Source: Eledone cirrhosa | Lineage: Eukaryota | Length of the DNA stretch: 64,000 nt | NCBI GenBank assembly: GCA_964016885.1 | Contig: OZ024747.1 | Span: forward strand, 31,620,001-31,684,000 | Direction: 5' to 3' | Shown: positions 55,244 through 64,000 of the stretch, one piece after another | How the letters are laid out: each line of letters opens with the position of its first letter | Position numbering within the stretch: the stretch's first letter is position 1 | The notes under the pieces: generated by a model | Told to the model about the DNA's origin: nothing | Databases searched by the model: none | What the model saw: only the letters and a program-made list of their open reading frames with translations | Translations under genes and position numbers: made by a program

Positions 55244-55508
55244 TCATCATCATCATCATTTTACGTCCGCTTTTCCCTGCTTGCAAGGGTGGGACGGGAA
55301 CTGATTCTGGTTTGATTTCTACAGCTGGATGCCCTTCCGAACACCAACCCCTCATTTACAGTGAGTGGTGGGTGCTTTTTTTCTGTAGCACCTCCATGAC
55401 CACTTTGCAATGGAATGATAGGGACCCCAGTCCCTATCATCTCATTTCTACAGCTGAGTAAACTGGAGCAATGTGAAATAAAGTGTCTTGCTCAAGGAAA
55501 CAACACGT
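55244..55508 (-). mobile_element. SINE family A, head truncated
   Basis: Matches 56055-56315. Confidence 0.85.
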
Positions 55509-55536
55509 CATATTTGACTGGAACAGGTAAAAGAGT

Positions 55537-55567
<31 letters not shown>

Positions 55568-55636
55568 TATATATATATATATATATATAACCTAAATGTT
55601 AAATGCTGATAATATATATATTATATTGATAAGGAG

Positions 55637-55826
55637 CAATAATTGTTTCTACTTTAGGCACAAGGCCAGCAATTACCCAGTGCATTACTGGTACTTTATT
55701 TTATCGACCTCGTAAGGATGAAAGGCAAAGTCAACCTCGGCGGGATTTGAACTCAGATCGTAAAGGGACGTAACTATGCTGGAAAGCATGGCGTCCGACC
55801 CTCTACCGATACTGCCAATCCACCGA
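55637..55826 (-). mobile_element. full-length SINE B with target-site duplication
   Basis: Flanked by gataaggagcaataat at 55628 and 55825. Confidence 0.9.
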
Positions 55827-56054
55827 TAAGGAGCAATAATGAAGTATCAATATAACATCATTAAATTTATTCACATGTTTCATGATTGATAATAGATTAT
55901 GAAGAGTTTATTATAACAGGAATGCATATACCTGTTATTTTAATTGAAATGTTTGTCAATCAATTAAATGATTTAATTTAAATCATGGTTATTTTCTATT
56001 CATATATATATATATATATGTGTGTGTGTGCGTGCATCTATATATTTTCATTCA

Positions 56055-56389
56055 TTTCATTTCATTTTTACGTCCGCTTTTCCCTGCTTGCAAGGGTGGG
56101 ACGGGAACTGATTTTTGGCTTGATTTCTACAGCTGGATGCCCTTCCTAACACCAACCTCATTTACAGTGAGTGCTGGGTGCTTTTTTGCCGTGGCACCTC
56201 CACGACCACTTTGCAGTGGAATGATAGAGACCCCAGTCCCTATCATCTCATTTCTACAGCTGAGTAAACTGGAGCAATGTGAAATAAAGTGTCTTGCTCA
56301 AGGACACAACACATCACCCGGTCTGAGAATTGAACTCACAACCTTTCGATTGCAAGGCCAATGCTCTAACCACTAAGCCATGTGCCTCC
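56055..56389 (-). mobile_element. full-length SINE family A
   Basis: Reverse complement of the 62741 copy including tRNA head. Confidence 0.9.
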
Positions 56390-56454
56390 ATTAATGTATA
56401 TTATATATAGTCCATATATGTATATTATATATAGTCACAGATCAAGGGAGAGTT

Positions 56455-56630
56455 ATAATTGTTTCTACTTTTGGCACAAGGCCAGCAATTATCCTAGAGT
56501 ATTACTGGTACTTTATTTTATCGATCCCGTAAGGATGAAAGGCAAAGTTAACCTCGGCGGGATTTGAACTCAGACCATAAAAGACCGTAACTCTTTGCTG
56601 CAAAGCATGGTGTCCGACCCTCTACTGGTA
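56455..56630 (-). mobile_element. SINE family B
   Basis: Family B central domain and tail. Confidence 0.85.
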
Positions 56631-56919
56631 AACTGATAAGTGTTTTCAGTAAACATACATTGTTAACCCTGCTGTAAGAAGTAGATATTGTATTTAAAGC
56701 ACATTCCCTTTTCTTCTGTGACCAGAAAATAGAGATTAACCTTCTATATGTTATCTAAGAAAGATAACAGCTTCACAGCAACTTCACTTTTTAAAATACT
56801 GCGCTTCGTGTAAGATTTAAGAAACCTCCCAGGGTTCTTGCAGAAAAGTTAACCCTATTGATAACAAACCATATAAAGTGACCTCAGATTCTATGAAACA
56901 AAACTCCTCTTTTTAGTTA

Positions 56920-57266
56920 AAGTCTGTTCTAAGCTGAAGGCTCATTAGGCTGATACTTATTTCCAGTTTTGCTGGGTTAATTGACTGAGAGTAGAAGACT
57001 CTTCCTAGACAGGACACCAGAATAACTCACACTCTTTCCTACGTTTATTAAAAAAATTATTCTTTTTAGTCTATTCTAAGCCAAAGGCTCATCGGGCTGG
57101 TGCTTATCCCTGGTTTCTTTGGAACTAAACAATTGAGAGTACATGACTCTCCCTAGATAGGATGCTGGTCTATCACAGGTTTAACTCTCCAGATACTGAT
57201 GTTACTCATCTCATCAGAGTGTACTATAGCCATATGAAATGAAATGTTTTTCTCAAGAACACACAG
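56920..57266 (-). mobile_element. old CORE-type SINE with tandemly duplicated 3' part
   Basis: agtct.ttctaagc..aaggctcat repeated at 56920 and 57068. Decayed CORE aaatgtttttctcaagaacaca. Confidence 0.5.
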
Positions 57267-57719
57267 GTCTATATTTAAAGAAATTCTACCAACATAATCT
57301 TATATAAAAACCATTTGTTAAGTTACATTACAATTACTCATTTTAGAAGGTCTCCATTCGAGATAAAATTATAAATGGATCTCAGTTTTGACAATGAGTA
57401 ATCCATTTGTTTAGTCAATGTAACAGCCTACTCTTTTAGTTAATGTGCAAGTGATTCTGTATTTCACAGACATATTAAATAACTTTCAGGGAGATTCATC
57501 ATGAAAATGAGTGACAAGGCTGGTTCTTTAGAACTGGAGGTTCAGTCTATTTGATGGGTTTGAAATACACCCAATTTCATTTACAAGGTTTGGGTCAACC
57601 TAAGGTTTATAAAAAAAGGAAATTTCCTAAGATGGCATACAGCAAGACTGCACTTGGTATTTCATGATTGAAAAGTAAATTTCTAAAAATATTTAATACA
57701 CTGTTAAATATTTATGTTA

Positions 57720-58030
57720 TACCATACTTTGTTGGATGTGCAATGTAAATGAGAGAGAATGGCAGAGATTGTATGAACTGAGGAATTGGAAGTGGTGTGC
57801 AAGAGAGAAGACTGTATTGGTACAGGTATGTAATGTGAATGGATGGTGATCACTGGGTGAAGAAGTACCAAGAAACACCAGTGATAGGAAGCCACAGTAA
57901 AGGTAGACCAAGAAAAACCCAGGCAGAGGAACACAATGAGTGGAGAGATACTGTGCTGAAAAGGATCTGTCCAACATATGCAAGCATGGAAAAATGGATG
58001 TAAAAATGATGATAATTAAGATGATGATGA
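57720..58030 (+). mobile_element. decayed RTE family 1 3' fragment
   Basis: Homologous to 10385-10760. Confidence 0.7.
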
Positions 58031-58819
58031 CATTACATAATAGATATTATAGCTATAGTGCAGCATTAACAACATGAATGTCTGGTTCAGAATAGGTACA
58101 CTATATGTCTGTGTAACTAAAAGTATCAGCATAGAAAAGGCATAAAAACTTCAGGGTGAGTATAATAACAACACAAAATTTACTGAAATTAAAAACTGGG
58201 GAACATATTCCCCCATAAAAAATATTAAATATTAATTTTATGAAATATTTGGAAATATATATTTTAATCTAAATATCTAAAAAAAATCAGCTCATGGAGT
58301 TTTATTGATTTTACAAAATGGGTCACAACAATAAAGTTGGAAATGCTGATCAGATTATGTGGGAGATCTGAAATCTCAAAACACTTATGATAAGAAAATG
58401 AAGTAATTGAGTCAATTGAATAACTATGAATAGATTACATAAAAAATAGAATATGTTTATGAGGTGAAAACCATATTCAAAGGAATTATGAAAAATATGA
58501 TAATGAAGTTTCATGGTAAATGTCTTATATGCAGTCAATTGTTTCTTTTTATTTGTTAGAAATGGAAGCATTTCAATTTTTGCATTCATACATACAAAAG
58601 TCAAGAGAGATAGAGAAATGTGTAGCTATGCCAAATTGTATTTGCCATAGCCACACAATTCTCCATCTCTCGTGACTTTTGAAAATCATAAAACTTGTGA
58701 AACTGGTATAGTAATAAATTATTGAAAATAAACCTTCCTAAAGACTCCAATTGCATTTTTAACTTCTTTTTCCTTTACTTTTGCCCAAGTAGGACATATT
58801 AATAAACCTTACTTTTGAG

Positions 58820-58850
<31 letters not shown>

Positions 58851-58880
58851 ACACACTCAAATTAATTTTTTAATATATCC

Positions 58881-61079
58881 CTAGAAGGGAAGCAGAGGAC
58901 AGAAAATTCAAGCATGTTTTGCAGCGTGAGGACCAGAAACAGGGGGTGTTCAGGATTGCGAGGCAGTGTGTCAGAGAGAATTGTGATGTCATTGGAGAGA
59001 AGTGTGTCCGAAATGATAAAGATGTGCTTGCCCTCACAAGTGCTGAGAAGAAAGATGCATGGAAGAGCCATTATGAAAGATTACTAAATGAGGAGAATGC
59101 ATGGGAGAAAGAGTCCCTACCCCAAGTGGACCCTATAGGGGGGCCAGCAGTACAAGTCAGTAGTAAGTAAGGCAATTAAAGATATGAAGACTGGGAAGGC
59201 AACCAGTCCACCGGGTATAACTGCAGAGATGCTGAAGGCATCTGGGTCGGTAGGTCACACCATAACCACACGTATTGTTAACCAGTTAATACTAGAGGGT
59301 ATCATACCAATGGATTGGTGCAACAGCATAGTTGTCAACTGCTACAAGGGTAAAGGTGATTCACTAGATAGAGCAAACTATAGAGGTATAAAGCTGATGG
59401 ACCAGGTCATGAAAGTAACAGAAAGAGTTATAGCACAGTTGATTAGGGACCAGGTAAAATTAGATGAGATGCAGTTTGGGTTTGTGCCAGGAAAAGACAC
59501 CACTGATGCCCTCTTTCTTGTGAGGTAGTTACAGGAAAAGTATCTAGTTAAAAGTAAGCAGCCCTACCTGGCATTTGTCGAACTGAACTGGAAAAAGCCT
59601 TCGACAGAGTGCCCTGTGCTATAATCTGGTGAGCTCTTAGAAAACTAGGAGTAGATGAATGGCTTGTGAAAGCTGTACAAGCCATGTATCGGGGAGCAGT
59701 CAGCAAAGTTAGTGTTAACAATGACTATAGCGAGTATATTTAGCATACAGGTCGGTGTCCATCAGGGCTCTGTTCTTAGCCCTCTTCTGTTCATTATAGT
59801 ATTGCAGACAATAACAGAGGAGTTTAAGACCAGATGCCCATAGGAACTCCTGTATGTGGTTGATCTCACACTTATAGCTGAATCTATGGTGGAACTAGAG
59901 AAGAAATTCCAAACATGGAAGCAGGGATAAGAAAGAAAGGGTCTCAAAGTCAACCTGATAAAGACTAAGGTCCTTGTAAGTTGACGAGAAAACAGAACTC
60001 AGATCCCCTCGGGGAAATGGTCTTGCTCAGTATGTAGGAAATGTGTAGGTCGGAGCTCCATCCTCTGCCCCAAATACAAACAATGGGTACACAAGAGATG
60101 TAGTGGGATCTCAGGAAGCTTAACTAACAATGTAGGCTTTACATGTAGCAGCTGCACCGGGACAGCAAGCAGCAAACAGCCACAGGAAACAAGCACCACA
60201 TAACTCTGGGAGGGCTCTGAAGAAACAGTAGACAGCTTCTGCTACCTAGGTGACCAAATTTGCAGTGGAGGTGAGTGTTTGGAAAGTACAATAACTAGGG
60301 TAAGAACAAGATGGAAGAAGTTCAGGGAACTACTGCCACTGCTAGCTGCAAAGGCTTTTCCTTCAAAATGAAAGGCAGACTGTATGATGCGTGTATACGA
60401 ACAGCAATGTTACATGGTAGTGAGACCTGGGTACTGTCTGTAGAAGACTTGTGTAGATTAGAAAGAAACAAAGCTTGCATACTCCGAAGGATGTGTAATA
60501 ATAATATATGCGAACAGCAAAGCATAAATGAATTAAGAGAGAGACTGAGCATAAGAGGAATCAAATGCTGTGTGCAGGACAGGTGGTTGCGTTGGTATGG
60601 ACATGTGATGTGTATGAAGGATGACAGCTGCATAAAAAGATGCAGAGCACTAGAAGTCGATGGAAGCCGCGGAGTGGGGAGACCCAAGAAGACCTGGGAT
60701 GTGGTGATAAAAGCCGACCTTACTTAATTGTACCTCTCAAAGGCGATGAGACATAACCGTGAACTCTGGCGTCACGCAGTAATACAGAAGACCTGACTTC
60801 CCATGAGTACAAGCTGAAGCTGAAGCATATAGAAAATATGCCCCCACCCCCTCCCACTGGAAAGTGGTCATGGAGGTGCCACTGCAAAAAAGCACCCAGC
60901 CCACACTGTAAATGAGGTTGGTGTTAGGAAAGGCATCCAGCTGAAGAAATCAAGCCAAAATCAGTCCCCATATGAGCAAGACAGGGTCAGCCGACAGGGC
61001 ACTGCCCACAACAGGACAACCCGTCTAACCCATGCTAGCGTGGAAAAACAGTGATGATGATGATGATGATGATGATGAT
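58881..61079 (+). mobile_element. 5'-truncated RTE LINE (family 3), many stops and frameshifts
   Basis: Collinear with the 28239 copy. (GAT)n tail. Confidence 0.92.
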
Positions 61080-61180
61080 CCCACACAGGTAAAAGTATAG
61101 GAAAAGATGTTGAAAATGCAAACATACCGATTCCTATTGATCTCCTAAATGTATATATATATATAAATAAATAAATATAT

Positions 61181-62675
61181 ATCATCATCATCATCGTTTA
61201 ACGTCCATTTTCCACGCTAACATGGGTCTGGATGGGAATTGTCCCACTTGAGGCAAGATTGGTTGTCTTGCTCAGGACTGTCTGGTGGGTTTTCTACGGC
61301 TGGATGCCCTTCCTAACACCAACCACGTTTACAGTGTGGACTGGGAGGTTTTTACCGTGTTACCTACAGGGCCACATTACAGCGTGGACTGTGTGTTTTT
61401 TTGTCGTGACACCTACACGACCTCATTTATTTAGGACTGGATGTTGTGGTACCAACATAGCTTTACATCGAAAGGAGTGGTGTAGCTGGCGGTGGGGGTA
61501 GGGTTATTGGCACGGGGGGTGTATTTTGGTTAAGGTGCCTACTGACTGTAGGTTTCGCTTTGTACTTAGGCAAGGCGGATCTTCTGTATTACTGTGTAGC
61601 GCCAAAGATCTTGGTCCAGTGACATTGTATTGGAGAGGTGTAAGTGTGTGAGGTCGGATTTTATCAAGTCGTCCCAGGTTTTTCTGGGTATGCCTACTCC
61701 ATAGCTACCGTCCATTTTGATCGCCCTGCACTTTTTTATACAGCTGTCAACTTTCATGCGCATCACGTGACCATACCAACGTAGTCTTCTGTCAAGTAAA
61801 CAGCATCTGATCCCTCTTATTCCTAATTTCTCACTTAGTTCATTTATGCTTTTCCGTTCGCGTATATTACTATTACACATCCAACGGAGTATGCAAGCTT
61901 CATTCCTCTCCAGTCTGCATAGATTCTCTGCACCCAAGACCCATGTCTCACTGCCATGTAACATCGCTGTTCGTATGCAGGCATCATACAGCCTGCCTTT
62001 CATTTTTAGAGAGAACCCTTTAGCGGCCAATAGTGGTATAAGCTCTCTGAACTTTTTCCATCCCGTTCTGACTCTAGCTACTGTACTTTCAGAGCACCCT
62101 CCACCACTGCTGATTTTGTCACCCAGGTAACGGAAGGTGTCCACTATTTCTATAGAACCATCTGTGCAATGGAATGAGCTAGTATTCTGTGGGCACTTGC
62201 TACTACTTATTGCACCTGACCACCGGCCACATATAAAATCTATATTCTTAGTTAGTTTACCTGTGATCCCACTACATCTTTTATGCACCCATACTTTGCA
62301 TTTGGGACATAAAATGGAGTTTCTGCCTACTCCTTTCCTACACACTGAGCATGGCCATTTCCCAGATGGGACCAGTGCCCTATTCTCCTTCCTACATATT
62401 AGGACTTTAGTCTTAGACAAGTTAACTTTAAGGCCTTTTGATTCTAGGCCATGCTTCCATGTTTGGAATTTCTTCTCTAGTTCAGCCATCGATTCGGCTA
62501 TGAGCGTTAGATCATCTGCGTATAGAAGTTCCCATGGGCAGCCGGTCTTCAACTCCTCTGTTATAGCTTGAAGGGCAATAATAAATAGAAGTGGGCTAAG
62601 GACAGAGCCTTGATGAACACCAACCTTTACGCTAAATTCTTCACTATATTCGTTGTTAATTCTAACCTTGCTGAC

Positions 62676-62680
<5 letters not shown>
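61181..62680 (-). mobile_element. 5'-truncated RTE LINE (family 2), open frame 61566-62680
   Basis: GVHQGSVLSPLLF, LLYADDL, PHD-like insert. 3' UTR matches 30470-30823. Confidence 0.95.
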
Positions 62681-62740
<60 letters not shown>

Positions 62741-62743
<3 letters not shown>

Positions 62744-63260
62744 GAGGCACATGGCTTAGTGGTTAGAGCATTGGCCTTGCAATCGAAAGGTTGTGAGTTC
62801 AATTCTCAGACCGGGTGATGTGTTGTTTCCTTGAGCAAGACACTTTATTTCACATTGCTCCAGTTTACTCAGCTGTAGAAATGAGATGATAGGGACTGGG
62901 GTCCATATCATTCCACTGCGAAGTGGTCGTGGAGGTGCCACGGCAAAAAAGCACCCAGCCCACACTGTAAATGAGGTTGGTGTTAGGAAGGGCATCCAGC
63001 TGTAGAAATCAAGCCAAAATCAGTTCCCGTCCCACTCCAGTTTACTCAGCTGTAGAAATGAGATGATAGGGCTGGGGTCCGTATCATTCCACTGCAAAGT
63101 GGAGTGGTCGTGGAGATGGCAAAAAAGCATCTAGCACTCACTGTAAATGAGGTTGGTGTTAGGAAGGGCATCCAGATGTAGAAATCAAGCCAGAATCAGT
63201 TCCCGTCCCACCCTTGCAAGCAGTGAAAAGCGGATGTAAAATGAGGATGAAAATGAGGAT
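62741..63260 (+). mobile_element. SINE family A with tandem duplication of its 3' two-thirds
   Basis: Body restarts at ctccagtttactc (63035) directly after cccgtccca. Confidence 0.9.
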
Positions 63261-63343
63261 ATATAAATTTTGAGTATATGTTGGTTATATACCAACACCT
63301 CAGTATGCAGATTGGGGCACTCGTCTCTACGACACTAATTCGG

Positions 63344-63400
63344 ACTGCCTGAAGAGGCCACAGACAAAGATGGCTGTCACCAAAATATATATATAGCGGT
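63344..63400 (+). ncRNA. decayed minimal hammerhead (G12A)
   Basis: actgc CTGAAGA GG..acag...ctgt..CC AAAA TATATATATA gcggt AATAAA. Stem I actgc/gcggt. Confidence 0.5.
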
Positions 63401-64000
63401 AATAAACGAAGCCAAATTTTAAATATTTGACTTATTTATTTTAGTTTATTTTATATATATGTTTGTGTACATATATATATATATAGGAGATCAATAGGTG
63501 TGGGTATAACACTCATTCGTTACCAAGTCATAAACGTTCAATGTGTTACTGATGCTTACAATTACATTTCGATAAATCAAAACAGTCATTGAAATGAATA
63601 AAGTTATTTGAACTACTATAAAATCTTTGGTTTTTTTCCACCTAATTATACATATATATATTCATCAGAAAATCGAACGAGAAATTATACAAGAAAAAGA
63701 AAGATAGAGGAGGGCGAGCAGTGGCAGAAAGTAAAAAATATTTATTTGAGAAAAAACACTATTCTGGTCGCCCTCTCTTGGAAAACTACAACAGGATTCC
63801 TTGCTGTTTCTTTCAAGTACATTTATTCCCAAGGATATTAGTCAGCCAAAAAGTATATTGGAAGACCAATTTGCCACGCAATGGGATACAACTCGAAACT
63901 ATAATGGTTGCAAGTAAAATTGGTAACCAGACAGCCATGCTTGCAATTGTGTGCAAAGTGATTTTAATTCAGATGAATTGAGACTTTCAGATATATCTTC

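Noticed and set aside
62741-62815. tRNA gene
   Set aside because: tRNA-like head continues into a multi-copy SINE body with no acceptor stem or terminator.

Overview
AT-rich, repeat-saturated animal DNA with no convincing host protein-coding gene. The tRNA-derived SINEs, RTE LINEs and very long (TA)n/(CA)n tracts suggest a cephalopod such as Octopus (inference). Most ORFs in the supplied track are microsatellite or antisense artefacts. Real coding remnants come from four large RTE LINE copies (each with a PHD-type C4HC3 finger inside the RT), one CR1-like LINE, several Penelope-like elements (Naiad-type and one Neptune-type), a Chapaev3 transposon and two Tc1/mariner (DD37D- and DD41D-like) transposases. 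The most interesting layer is RNA structure. About ten type I hammerhead-ribozyme motifs sit in Penelope-like tails, several with non-canonical cores or long conserved stem-II insertions. Repeated head-to-head fold-back insertions lie in (TA)n tracts, including one with about 1.75-kb arms. A tandem pair of about 300-nt units at 7.9-8.6 kb, upstream of a hammerhead, shows compensatory base pairing, a possible pseudoknot and a conserved AUG-less 39-codon frame; I cannot assign it to any known RNA family. All folds were read by eye and coordinates of decayed repeats are approximate.
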